Shown piece by piece: positions 1-8,682 of a DNA stretch of 40,615 bases (positions within the stretch are counted from its first letter, which is position 1; the number at the start of each line of letters is the position of its first letter). The stretch lies in the NCBI GenBank assembly GCA_040905465.1, contig JBBDRK010000056.1, positions 53,253 to 93,867 of the forward strand. Direction: 5' to 3'. The notes under the pieces were generated by a model that had not been told where the DNA came from, made no database searches, and saw nothing but the letters and a program-made list of their open reading frames with translations. The translations under genes and the position numbers were made by a program. This DNA comes from Trueperaceae bacterium. Lineage in GTDB: Bacteria; Deinococcota; Deinococci; Deinococcales; Trueperaceae.

Positions 1-803
1 ATGCCGGCCACCGACATGGGCGCCTCGAGGTAGTCGCGCGTGGTGCCGGGAGTATCGCTCACCAGCGAGCGCTCGTAGCCCAGGAGGGCGTTTAGCAGGC
101 TCGACTTGCCGGCGTTCGGTCTCCCCACCAATGCCAGGCGGGCTCCCCGGACGGCGATCTCTCCGGCCCTGGCCGTGGCGAGCAGACCGTCGATCTCCGC
201 GAGCGCCTGATCCAGCGGCTCGCGACGCTCGCTCTCGGGAACCCCCTCGTCGGGGTAGTCGAACACGGCCTGCAGGTTGCCGAAGACAGCGGTGACTCGA
301 CTCTGAATGCCCTCGAGGCGGTCGCTGAGGGCGCGCGACAGCCCGAATGCCGCCTGGCGGCGGGCTGTCTCGGACTGAGCATTGACGAGTCCCAGGACGC
401 TCTCGGCCTGGACCAGGTCGATTCGACCCGACAGGTAGGCACGCAGGGTGAACTCCCCCGGCTTGGCCAGCCGCGCACCTCTTCGCAGACACAGCTCGAG
501 CACCTCACGGAGGACCGCCGGTCCCCCGTGGGTCTGCAGTTCGATAGCGTCCTGCCCGGTGTAGGAGTGGGGCGCGCGGAAGTTGAGCAGGAGAGCCTCG
601 TCGAGCAACCTCTCCTGGTCTCGTATCGTCCCGAACGTCACGCGCCCGGCTGGGAGCCCGGATGGCAGGCTCCCAGCGGCAGGCTCGAACACCCGATCGG
701 CCAGGTCGAAGCACTCCGGGCCGGACACGCGTACTATCCCGACCGCTCCGATCCCCGGGGCGGTAGCGATTGCGGCAATCGTGTCGTTCGACGGTGGTAG
801 CAC
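1..803 (-). CDS. mnmE: tRNA modification GTPase MnmE (5' part; runs off the window)
   Basis: Manual translation from GTG at 803 gives [16 protein letters not shown]...; later [34 protein letters not shown] and the G1 motif [14 protein letters not shown]. Not in the ORF track because no stop lies in the window. Confidence 0.93.
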   Translation of the reverse strand, partial: MLPPSNDTIAAIATAPGIGAVGIVRVSGPECFDLADRVFEPAAGSLPSGLPAGRVTFGTIRDQERLLDEALLLNFRAPHSYTGQDAIELQTHGGPAVLREVLELCLRRGARLAKPGEFTLRAYLSGRIDLVQAESVLGLVNAQSETARRQAAFGLSRALSDRLEGIQSRVTAVFGNLQAVFDYPDEGVPESERREPLDQALAEIDGLLATARAGEIAVRGARLALVGRPNAGKSSLLNALLGYERSLVSDTPGTTRDYLEAPMSVAG

Positions 804-805
804 TC

Positions 806-2098
806 TCAGCCCGCGCTCTCCCGCAACGCCTCGCCTGCCGCCGAAGCGATGGCCTCGATATCCTGTGGCGTATGCGCGTAGCTCAGGAACGTCGCTTCGA
901 ACTGGCTGGCCGGCCAGTAAACGCCCCTGTCCAACAGCCCGTGGAAGAAGCGACGGAAGGCACCCTGGTTGCTGGCCGCGGCTGTTTCATGGTCAATGAC
1001 CGGTCCCGGGTTGAAAAAGAGAGTGAGCATGGATCCGACCCGGTTCACCACGGCCGGTACCGACGCCGCCCGGCACCCTTCGAGCAGGAGCCGTTCCAGC
1101 CGTTCACCATGAGTCTCGAGGACCTGATAGAGGTCGGCCGTTTCGGTGATCGCCCGCAGCGTGGCTATGCCGGCGGCCATGGCCAGCGGATTTCCGGAAA
1201 GGGTGCCGGCCTGGTACACGGGACCCAGGGGTGAGATCTGGTCCATCAGCGACGCCGGCCCGCCGTAAGCTCCGACCGGTAGTCCACCGCCGATGATCTT
1301 GCCCCAACAGACCAGGTCGGGCTGGAGGTCGAAGCGCTCGATGGCGCCGCCCGGCGCCAGCCTGAAGCCGGTCATGACCTCGTCGACTACCAGCAGGGTG
1401 CCGTGCTCGCGCGTCAGCTCGCGCAGGCCGTAGATGAACTCGGGGGTGGGCGCCACTACTCCCATGTTTCCCGCCACCGGTTCGAGGATGACCGCCGCGA
1501 TGCCATCAGGGTTTTGCCGAAACAGTTCCCGTACCGACTCGAGATCGTTGTAGTTCGCCACCAGGGTGGTGCCGGCGGTTGCCGCCGGCACACCTGCCGA
1601 CGAGGGTACGCCGGTGGTCATCGCCCCCGAACCCGCGGCCACCAGCAACGAGTCGGCATGGCCGTGATAGTTGCCGGCGAACTTCATCAGCAGGTCGCGG
1701 CCGGTTGCCCCGCGGGCCAGTCGCAGTGCGCTCATCGTTGCTTCGGTCCCGGAGTTGACGAAGCGCAGCCGTTCGCAGGACGGGTATAAAGACAGCACCA
1801 GCTCGGCAAGCTCGACCTCGAGGCTGGTAGGCGCGCCGAACGAAACGCCCTTTTCGATCGCAGCTCGCAGAGCAGCGACGACCGAAGGGTGGCCGTGCCC
1901 GAGGATCATCGGGCCCCACGACCCCACCAGGTCGATGTACTCGTTGCCGTCGGCATCCCAGATGTGGCTGCCCTGTGCCCGGTCGATGAAGCGCGGGGTT
2001 CCGCCGACGGCGCCGAAGCCCCTGACGGGCGAGTTGACGCCACCCGGAATGGCCGAACTGGCGCGTGCGAATAACTCCTGCGAGAGTCGCGTTTCCAT
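806..2098 (-). CDS. hemL: Glutamate-1-semialdehyde 2,1-aminomutase
   Basis: [59 protein letters not shown]. Confidence 0.97.
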   Translation of the reverse strand: METRLSQELFARASSAIPGGVNSPVRGFGAVGGTPRFIDRAQGSHIWDADGNEYIDLVGSWGPMILGHGHPSVVAALRAAIEKGVSFGAPTSLEVELAELVLSLYPSCERLRFVNSGTEATMSALRLARGATGRDLLMKFAGNYHGHADSLLVAAGSGAMTTGVPSSAGVPAATAGTTLVANYNDLESVRELFRQNPDGIAAVILEPVAGNMGVVAPTPEFIYGLRELTREHGTLLVVDEVMTGFRLAPGGAIERFDLQPDLVCWGKIIGGGLPVGAYGGPASLMDQISPLGPVYQAGTLSGNPLAMAAGIATLRAITETADLYQVLETHGERLERLLLEGCRAASVPAVVNRVGSMLTLFFNPGPVIDHETAAASNQGAFRRFFHGLLDRGVYWPASQFEATFLSYAHTPQDIEAIASAAGEALRESAG

Positions 2099-2167
2099 TC
2101 GCTCATGCTCGCACGCTCACGACGGCCGGGCAACGGCCTGGCATACCCGCTCCAGAACGGCGTTCGC

Positions 2168-2176
2168 TGCTACAAT
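2168..2176 (+). promoter_or_regulatory. Extended -10 element (TGcTACAAT) upstream of truA
   Basis: TGn + TACAAT about 40 nt before the truA start, in the divergent hemL/truA gap. Confidence 0.55.
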
Positions 2177-2214
2177 GCTGCGGGCGGCGGGCCGGAAGGC
2201 AGCACGGTGATAGC

Positions 2215-3021
2215 TTGCGGCGCATTCGATTGACGTTGGAGTTCGACGGCACCGATTTTTTCGGTTGGCAGCGGCAGGCCCGTACAAACGAACGGACGGT
2301 CCAGGCGGTGGTCGAGAACGCGGTCGCCAGGCTGCCGGGCCGTTACGGGCCGGTGATCGCTGCCGGCCGAACAGACGCCGGCGTTCATGCGGTGGCGATG
2401 GTCGCTCACATCGATATCGACAACGAGATCCCGGACGAGAAGCTGAGGCTTGCCCTCAACGCTCACCTGCCCCGCGACGTCGCCGTTCTTTCGGTCGCTA
2501 CCGCCGATCCCGATTTCCAGGCTCAGTTCGATTGCCGCTACCGGCGCTACCTGTTCCGGCTGCGAGTCGTCCGTGACGAACCGCGGGGGACGGCGCTCGA
2601 CCGCAACCGCGTGCTGGCGGTCTACCGTCACCTCGACGTTCCGGCCATGCAGGCCGCCTGCGCCGCGTTCGTCGGTCGTCACGATTTCGCGTCTCTTGCC
2701 ACGCAGGAGACGCGAAGCACCGTGCGCACCGTCTATCTGTGCGAGCTGCGCGAAGAGGCCGGCGAACTGCGTTTGCATATCGCCGCCGAGGGGTTTCTGC
2801 GAAACATGGTTCGGACCATCGTCGGGACGCTGATTTGGGTCGGCCAGGGGAGGTTGCGTCCGGACGACGTTTCCCTGCTCATCGCGGCGCGCGACCGGGC
2901 CAGGGCGGGCCAGAACGTGCCCGCCCACGGACTCTACTTCGTCGAGGCGGGCTACAGCGATTGGCAGGCCGAGGTCTCCGAGGCGTGGCTGCGTGGTCTG
3001 CTGGTCGGACGCTCCGTATAA
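2215..3021 (+). CDS. truA: tRNA pseudouridine(38-40) synthase
   Basis: RIRLTLEFDGTDFFGWQRQ, AGRTDAGVHA, GFLRNMVRTIVG, PAHGLYF; TTG start chosen at 2215. Confidence 0.95.
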   Translation: MRRIRLTLEFDGTDFFGWQRQARTNERTVQAVVENAVARLPGRYGPVIAAGRTDAGVHAVAMVAHIDIDNEIPDEKLRLALNAHLPRDVAVLSVATADPDFQAQFDCRYRRYLFRLRVVRDEPRGTALDRNRVLAVYRHLDVPAMQAACAAFVGRHDFASLATQETRSTVRTVYLCELREEAGELRLHIAAEGFLRNMVRTIVGTLIWVGQGRLRPDDVSLLIAARDRARAGQNVPAHGLYFVEAGYSDWQAEVSEAWLRGLLVGRSV

Positions 3022-3479
3022 TGTCCGGTGTGTCCCCGCTGGTACGGCCGCTGAGCACGGACGACGTCGACGCCTTGCAACCGCTCGACGGGAACTACGC
3101 CCGCCGAAACGGTTGCGAGGAGATCGTCGACGACTCGTCGCTGTCGTTCTATGCCCGTAGTGGCCACGCGTTCGTGCTCGAAAGGAGCGGCGAGGTCCGC
3201 GGTTTCCTGCTGGGTCAGGCAGTGTGGGATGGGCGCCGGCCCACGTTGCTGGTTCGAAGGGTAGTGGCCTCCGACCAGGTTGAACGAGAGGCGCTGCTGG
3301 AGGCGGTCACCAAAAGCGCCTTCGATGCCGGCGTATACGACCTGCTCGTGGAGTTGCCGGACGCAGACAGTGCCTGCGAGTCTGCGCTCGCCTCGTGCGG
3401 CTACGCTCCTCGTGGCAGCCGGCTCTTCGGGCGGGTTCTCGGCACACGGTCCCGGCTCGATGCGAAGACGGCCGAGTGA
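3021..3479 (+). CDS. DUF1999-like GNAT-fold protein (Deinococcus/Thermus family)
   Basis: ATG overlaps the truA stop (TAATG); FYARSGHAFV...GFLLGQAVWDGRRP resembles DUF1999 proteins. Confidence 0.7.
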   Translation: MSGVSPLVRPLSTDDVDALQPLDGNYARRNGCEEIVDDSSLSFYARSGHAFVLERSGEVRGFLLGQAVWDGRRPTLLVRRVVASDQVEREALLEAVTKSAFDAGVYDLLVELPDADSACESALASCGYAPRGSRLFGRVLGTRSRLDAKTAE

Positions 3480-3570
3480 GAGAACGATCAGACCTGACGT
3501 ATGGTCTGGGAGAGACTGGCATCGGTGGCCGGGGCCTTGAACGTGGCCTCGGGAGGGGCGAAGGGAGACG

Positions 3571-3780
3571 ATGACTCGAATTCTGTTGGGAGTGCGCGGC
3601 ATGGACACCCCTGCCGCCGCTGAACGCGTGAGGCGAACCCTGGCTCTCGTGACGGGGGTGGCGTCGGTAGAAGCGAACGCAGATGGCCAAGCGACCGTGG
3701 AGTACGACGACTCGGAAACGACGGTCATGGACCTGATTCGTTCGCTGCGGCGAATCGGTTTCCTGGCTGGCATGGAGTAA
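3571..3780 (+). CDS. HMA/CopZ-fold small protein lacking CxxC
   Basis: LGVRGM...VTGVASVEAN...ATVEYD...DLIRSLRRIGF; SD GGGAG upstream. Confidence 0.75.
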   Translation: MTRILLGVRGMDTPAAAERVRRTLALVTGVASVEANADGQATVEYDDSETTVMDLIRSLRRIGFLAGME

Positions 3781-3781
3781 C

Positions 3782-4096
3782 GTGACCGCGGGCGGCCCCG
3801 TGTACGTCGGTGTTCTTCTCGTCGAACTGTCGACGCCATGGGCTCACAGCCTCAAGGAGAAGCGAGCGTTGGTGCTCCCTGTCACCGAGAGGCTCAAGTC
3901 TCGCTTCCCGGTGTCGGTGGCGCGACTCGCCGGACTCGATGCCTACGACTGGGAGCTGATCGGAGTGAGCTCGCTCAGTCATGATCGTGTCTGGCTGCAG
4001 GGGATGCTGGGCAAGGCACTCGGGTTCGTGGAGGCGAGAGGATTGGGCGTGACGCGCTCCCAGCTCGATGTCGAGCCGTGGGACTTCGAGCCGTGA
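3782..4096 (+). CDS. DUF503 family protein
   Basis: VGVLLVEL...HSLKEKRALV...LKSRFPVSVARL. Confidence 0.85.
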   Translation: MTAGGPVYVGVLLVELSTPWAHSLKEKRALVLPVTERLKSRFPVSVARLAGLDAYDWELIGVSSLSHDRVWLQGMLGKALGFVEARGLGVTRSQLDVEPWDFEP

Positions 4097-4190
4097 GGGT
4101 TAGAGACGTGAGGGTTCGAGCCGAGAAGCCGCGAGCCGTGGGAGTTCGAACCGTGAAGCCTCGAGCCGTGGGAACAAGAGCCGGGGGAGC
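4071..4190 (+). repeat. Degenerate tandem repeat, 8 x 15 bp (consensus ~TCGAGCCGTGRGRNN)
   Basis: Units: tcgagccgtgggact / tcgagccgtgagggt / tagagacgtgagggt / tcgagccgagaagcc / gcgagccgtgggagt / tcgaaccgtgaagcc / tcgagccgtgggaac / aagagccgggggagc. Confidence 0.85.
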
Positions 4191-4335
4191 CTGCCGGCCA
4201 ATCGCAAGCCGAGCCACGGCGAAACCGGGCGGAACGGTATCATGCTCGCGACATGCAACGCGGAAGATGGCGTCCATCGTATTCGGCCTCGGGCGACGGG
4301 CAGCTCTTCCGAATCCGAGTAACGAAGGAGCGATA

Positions 4336-4713
4336 GTGGTCGAACGACCAAAGGCAGGCACCGGAGCGCCGGTGCCCCGTGATCGGGTGGTGGTCACCGA
4401 CGCGGCGCTGGCAACGATAATCGGACTGGCGGCGCACGAAGTGCCGGGGGTAGTGGGAATGGCGCCGGCATCGATCCGAGAAGGACTCAACCGGATGCTG
4501 GGCGCATCGCGTGCCGACGAAGGAGTCGAGGTCGACCGTGACGACGATGAGTCACGGGCCTCGATCGAACTCCATGTCGTGGTCGCCTACGGCGTCAACA
4601 TCCCGGTGGTCGCTTCGTCGGTACGGGAACGCGTTCGTTACGCGGCGCAGGCGTTCGCCGGTGTGAAGGTGACCGAGGTCAAGGTCCATATCGCAGGTGT
4701 CAGCCGTGGCTGA
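4336..4713 (+). CDS. Asp23/Gls24 family envelope stress protein (YloU-like)
   Basis: SD GAAGGAG then GTG; LATIIGLAAHEVPGVVGMA...LHVVVAYGVNIPVV...VKVHIAGV; directly upstream of the DAK2 gene. Confidence 0.88.
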   Translation: MVERPKAGTGAPVPRDRVVVTDAALATIIGLAAHEVPGVVGMAPASIREGLNRMLGASRADEGVEVDRDDDESRASIELHVVVAYGVNIPVVASSVRERVRYAAQAFAGVKVTEVKVHIAGVSRG

Positions 4714-6304
4714 GACCGCCGTCCGGGAACCGCGAGCGATCTCGGCAGGACAACTCTGCCGGGCGTTCGTGTTCGCTACGGACTGGGTCGGGGTGTTCGT
4801 CGAAGAAGTAAACGCCCTCAACGTCTATCCGGTACCCGATGGTGACACCGGAACCAACATGCACCTCACCATGCAGTCGGTGCGTCGCCAGATCCAGACC
4901 GAAAACCCTCAGGGCATGGCGGAACTGGCCCATGCGCTGTCCTATGGATCGCTGCTGGGCGCCCGCGGCAACTCCGGAGTCATACTCTCGCAGGTCCTGA
5001 AGGGGTTTGCCGAGGTGGCGAAGAGCTACCGTGAGCTCGACGGCGAGGCGCTCGGAATTGCACTGCAAGGCGCATCGAAAAGCGCGTATGCGGCGGTGAT
5101 GAAGCCGGTCGAGGGCACTATCCTGACGGTCGTGCGGAGCGCAGCCGAGGCGGCGAGCAAGGGCGGCGCACCGCTGGACGTTCTGCGCCTGGCGAAAGAG
5201 GCGAGCGAGGTTGCGTTGGAGAAGACTCCGGAGCAGCTACCGCTGCTCAAGCAGGCCGGTGTTGTCGACGCCGGCGGGCTCGGCTTCGTACACCTGCTCG
5301 AGGGGTTGCTGGCGTTTTTCGAGGGGCGCGACCTGCCGCCGCCGCCCAAGGTGGAAAAGCGTGCGCAGCACCAGTTCGAAGAGGAGGAGTTCGGCTTCTG
5401 CACCGAGTTCCTGCTCTCCGAGGTGCGCGTGCCGACCAGGGAGATCCAGGTCATGGTCGAGCCGTTCGGCGACTCGCTGCTCGTCGTGGGCGCCGAAGGT
5501 TTCGTGAAGGGGCACATCCATACCGAGGAGCCGGAGCGGTTGCTGGCGACGGTGGCGCAGTACGGCACGATGGTGCGATCCAAGGTCGAGGACATGAGTG
5601 AACAGCACTCCGAGATCCTGGCGTCGGTGGACATGGATGAGGCGGAACCGGCCCTCAGTGCGATGGTCGCCGTGAGCGACGGTTACGGCATCACCAAGGC
5701 GTTTCGCAGCCTCGGCGCGCGAGTGGTGGGCGGCGGCCAGACCAACAACCCGAGCGTGGAGGACATAGCGGATGCTGTGCGCAGCGTCGGCGCCCGCCAA
5801 GTGGTGATCCTGCCGAACAACAAGAACATCCAGATGGCTGCGCAGCGCGTTGCCGAGATCGTTGGCGACAAGGAGATCGAGGTTCTGCCCACCCGGACGA
5901 TGGGCGCAGGACTCGCCGCGGCAGTCGTATTCCAGGAGGGAAGCCCCCTCAGCGAGCTCGTTCCCGCCATGCAGAAAGCTGCGGACGACTCCCTCACGCT
6001 CGAGGTGACCACAGCGAACCGCACGGTGACGGTGGAAGACGTCGAGGTGAGCGAGGGCGAGTTCATCGGTCTCGCGGACGACCGGCTCGAGGTGAGTGCC
6101 GGCAGCGCCGGCGACTGCCTGCTGCAACTGTTGGAACTGCATGCGGGAGAGTGGGAGATCGCCACCCTGTTCCATAACGCCTCGGTAGAGCCGGAGGCGG
6201 TGGACAGGCTGGCGGAGACGGTAGGTGAGAGGTTCCCGGATCTGGAACTGGAGGTACGCGCCGGCGCTCCCGACCTGTACCCCTTTGTCATGGCGTTGGA
6301 GTGA
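4706..6304 (+). CDS. DAK2 domain protein, fatty acid kinase FakA/YloV-like
   Basis: NALNVYPVPDGDTGTNMHLT, GARGNSGVILSQ, PVEGTILTV, GVVDAGG, FGFCTEF, GGQTNNPS, ILPNNKNI. Confidence 0.93.
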   Translation: MAETAVREPRAISAGQLCRAFVFATDWVGVFVEEVNALNVYPVPDGDTGTNMHLTMQSVRRQIQTENPQGMAELAHALSYGSLLGARGNSGVILSQVLKGFAEVAKSYRELDGEALGIALQGASKSAYAAVMKPVEGTILTVVRSAAEAASKGGAPLDVLRLAKEASEVALEKTPEQLPLLKQAGVVDAGGLGFVHLLEGLLAFFEGRDLPPPPKVEKRAQHQFEEEEFGFCTEFLLSEVRVPTREIQVMVEPFGDSLLVVGAEGFVKGHIHTEEPERLLATVAQYGTMVRSKVEDMSEQHSEILASVDMDEAEPALSAMVAVSDGYGITKAFRSLGARVVGGGQTNNPSVEDIADAVRSVGARQVVILPNNKNIQMAAQRVAEIVGDKEIEVLPTRTMGAGLAAAVVFQEGSPLSELVPAMQKAADDSLTLEVTTANRTVTVEDVEVSEGEFIGLADDRLEVSAGSAGDCLLQLLELHAGEWEIATLFHNASVEPEAVDRLAETVGERFPDLELEVRAGAPDLYPFVMALE

Positions 6305-6309
6305 TCCGC

Positions 6310-6785
6310 CGTCGCCGCGCGCTCGGCCGGCACGGAATACGGCCGCCGGCTTCGTAACCGTTCGATCATCAGGAGCCGCACTACGGTCGCTGTCAGTATC
6401 GTTCCGGCCAACGCCCATGCTGCGGGCAGGCTTCCGATGAACCCCGCCGAATCCGGCCAGGGACTCCAGCGAGAGCATGGTCGAGCGGCGCTGTGCCGGC
6501 ACCTCTGGGTTCAGAAGCGTGGCCAGCGGGGAGACTGCGCTTCCTCTCGCCAGATAGGTCAGCCAGAAGAACCCGCCGGCGCCGGCCAGTGGCTGGCGTG
6601 TGGCCAGCAGCACGATCGCCAGCACTTGTAGAAACTCGAACAGGCCGGCCACCAGCGCGTGACGCGACCCATCCAGCGACTGATCGGAAGCGAAGTCGGG
6701 TTCCCCACCATGGCGAACCCGAACGCTACGCTGAAGAGCACGCCCAGGATCAGAGTGTTGCCCCCGTACAGCTCGAGACGTTCGG
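6310..6785 (-). pseudogene. Frameshifted C-terminal remnant of an MFS-type membrane transporter
   Basis: Three consecutive frames give TM-like segments: NTLILGVLFSVAFGFAMVG / GLFEFLQVLAIVLLA...LLNPEVPAQRRSTMLSLESLAG / LAGTILTATVVRLLMI; no start and no intact frame. Confidence 0.55.
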
Positions 6786-6819
6786 CGGCCCCCCGAACCG
6801 AGTGCTCTCGCGGCTCCAT

Positions 6820-7128
6820 ACGGGGAGGACCATCAAAATCTACTTTTCGAGCACGACGCCTACATGGTCCTCCGTTCACCACGATCGAGGAAGCCTTCTA
6901 CTCCGGCTACCAAGTGAACGCGCGACGACGGCGAGGAACATGGCCAGGCGCTTCAAGTCGCGAGGTTGGGGCGGCTACCGCCTCTATCGCAACAGGTACG
7001 GCGAAACTTGGCTCGGGGGAGCGCCGGACGACACGGGCATCGTCGATCTCGACGACCCCGACTGGCATATGGGGCTCGACTTTATGCTCGATGTTCGCCT
7101 CAGTCAGGCGGAGGCCAAGGAGCTCTAG
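6820..7128 (+). pseudogene. Degraded hypothetical gene (only the C-terminal frame is intact)
   Basis: GGGGAGG SD followed by ATC rather than ATG; coding-like codons hop between frames and end in ARRFKSRGWGGYRLYRNRYGETWLGG...EAKEL*. Confidence 0.35.
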
Positions 7129-7378
7129 GCCCGCCTCGCAGGGTTCCTGCGGGAGTTCCGGCTAAAGCCGGCGGAAGCGGGCACGCACATGCTGAGGTGG
7201 GTTTCGCTTCGATCGAGGGAGGCGAGTCGGACTGGCGCGCCCGCGGCTAGCGGCTGGGGTACCGGGTGGCCGCCTGGTTATGCCACGTTCCAGACTGCAT
7301 TGCCGGCCCCGAGCATTAGTGAACAATGAACGTATTGGGGTGAAACGCATACTTTGCGCGGTCATCGACCGGCTACCC

Positions 7379-7540
7379 TCGGCGAAAGGAGGCCGTGTGT
7401 AAACAACCCACGGTTAAAGCCGGGGGCTTTTGGAAGGAAAATCATGGTTGACTTGACTGACATCCAAATTGAGGGCTGGTTTACGGCAGCCCGTGCCCAG
7501 CGAGCCTGCTCTTTGGGCAATGTTGGCGCTGGCGTTAAGG
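7379..7540 (-). ncRNA. Predicted TnpB omega/reRNA overlapping the tnpB 3' end and right end; guide ACACGGCCUCCUUUCGCCGA from the flank
   Basis: Established TnpB architecture; the 3' scaffold boundary is the TTAC at 7399-7402; the 5' boundary is a guess. Confidence 0.55.
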
Positions 7541-8660
7541 TCGGCGTTGGTTTGAAAACCGCACTTAACGCAACGGAACAGCGCTTGGGTCTTGCGGTTG
7601 GCACGGTCACAGTAACCGCAGCGATTACACGTCTTGGAGGTGTTCCGGGCGTCCACGAAGACGAGGTTAACGCCCTTCAAGGCGGCCTTGTAGGTCACGA
7701 ACTGCCGCAGCTTCCAGTAGGGCCAGAGGTTGTGCAGGTGCCGGGCTGCCTTCCCCTTTCGCCTGGTGTTTGCCCGCAGGCCGGTCAAGTCCTCGAAGGC
7801 CAGCGTGTCACCGGGCTCGACGCTGTTAACGAGCTGGCGACTGACCAGGTGCATGGCGTGCCTGACGTTCCGTCGCTCTTTACCACTGAGCCTTACCCAC
7901 AGGCGTTTGACGCCGGCGCTGCGTTCGGTATCGAGCTTGGAGCGAACTTCAGCACGTTTTTGCAGGTACTGGCGGCGAGTCTGTTTAAGCTGCCCACCGC
8001 CGTGTTTGCGGCCGTGACTTGTGGTCGCCAGAACCTTTTGCCCGAGATCGACGCCGATAACCCGCCCTCCATCAGCTACTGTGGGTACATCGGTACGGAT
8101 GGAGAAGTGAAGGTACCAGTCGCCCCGCCGCGACTTCACCAGTTGCCCGCCTTGGATGCTCTTGGCGTTGGAGAGGAGATGCCGTTGGTAATTACCGATA
8201 GACAGGGGAACTTTGATACGCTCACTCGTGGTCGTGAGGCTCACCACCTCACCTTTGAGGCTGAGGGTGCGCCGGTCGTAACCGACCGAGCCCCGCTTGA
8301 AACTGCCCGTATACGTACCCTTGCGCCTAGCCACCCTGCGGATCGCCTGCACAACGAGGTTGGCGGAGAGGCGGTAACGCTCTCTGATGGGGTGGTAGAC
8401 GAGGTGATGCAGGTCGGAGCGTCGCCAGGTGCTCGTCTCCCTGGCCGTCTCCAGGATGTCGTTACAGGCGTCCGTGAAAACGTCAACAGTCTTCTGAAAT
8501 GCAACAACGTCATTCATGCCGGGTTGCAACTTGCACTTGACGGTAAGCACACAACCATCAGCCATAACGCACCATACAAGAAAGGAGCCGGACGAACGTC
8601 CGGGGCTAAGCTTTTACCCATGCCTAAGGCCAGGGGTATCGGCTTTGCCTACTGCATCTA
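7399..8660 (-). mobile_element. IS200/IS605-family non-autonomous (tnpB-only, IS1341-like) element
   Basis: Minus-strand right end AAAG-CCCCCGGCTTTAACCGTGGG-TTGT-TTAC and left end TCAT|TAGATGCAGTAGGCAAAGCC-GATA-CCCCTGGCCTTAGGCATGGG. Guide/cleavage tetramers fit the IS608-type rule at both ends. No tnpA; visibly lower GC than the flanks. Confidence 0.9.
7414..8565 (-). CDS. tnpB: RNA-guided endonuclease TnpB
   Basis: RuvC-I VIGVDLG, RuvC-II AFEDL, zinc ribbon CNRC...CVKC, RuvC-III NADLNASANI; the stop codon lies inside the right-end hairpin. Confidence 0.95.
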   Translation of the reverse strand: MADGCVLTVKCKLQPGMNDVVAFQKTVDVFTDACNDILETARETSTWRRSDLHHLVYHPIRERYRLSANLVVQAIRRVARRKGTYTGSFKRGSVGYDRRTLSLKGEVVSLTTTSERIKVPLSIGNYQRHLLSNAKSIQGGQLVKSRRGDWYLHFSIRTDVPTVADGGRVIGVDLGQKVLATTSHGRKHGGGQLKQTRRQYLQKRAEVRSKLDTERSAGVKRLWVRLSGKERRNVRHAMHLVSRQLVNSVEPGDTLAFEDLTGLRANTRRKGKAARHLHNLWPYWKLRQFVTYKAALKGVNLVFVDARNTSKTCNRCGYCDRANRKTQALFRCVKCGFQTNADLNASANIAQRAGSLGTGCRKPALNLDVSQVNHDFPSKSPRL

Positions 8661-8682
8661 ATGAGCCTACTGCATCTAATGA
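8647..8682 (+). repeat. Perfect 18-bp tandem duplication GCCTACTGCATCTAATGA x2 at the IS left junction
   Basis: 8647-8664 is identical to 8665-8682. Confidence 0.95.

Noticed and set aside
4071-4190. CRISPR array
   Set aside because: Contiguous 15-bp units with no unique spacers and no cas genes.
7414-8565. Cas12f or nuclease-dead TldR
   Set aside because: No CRISPR array; IS605-type ends are present and all RuvC catalytic residues are intact.
7354-8661. 435-aa plus-strand ORF
   Set aside because: Antisense shadow of tnpB with no recognisable motifs.
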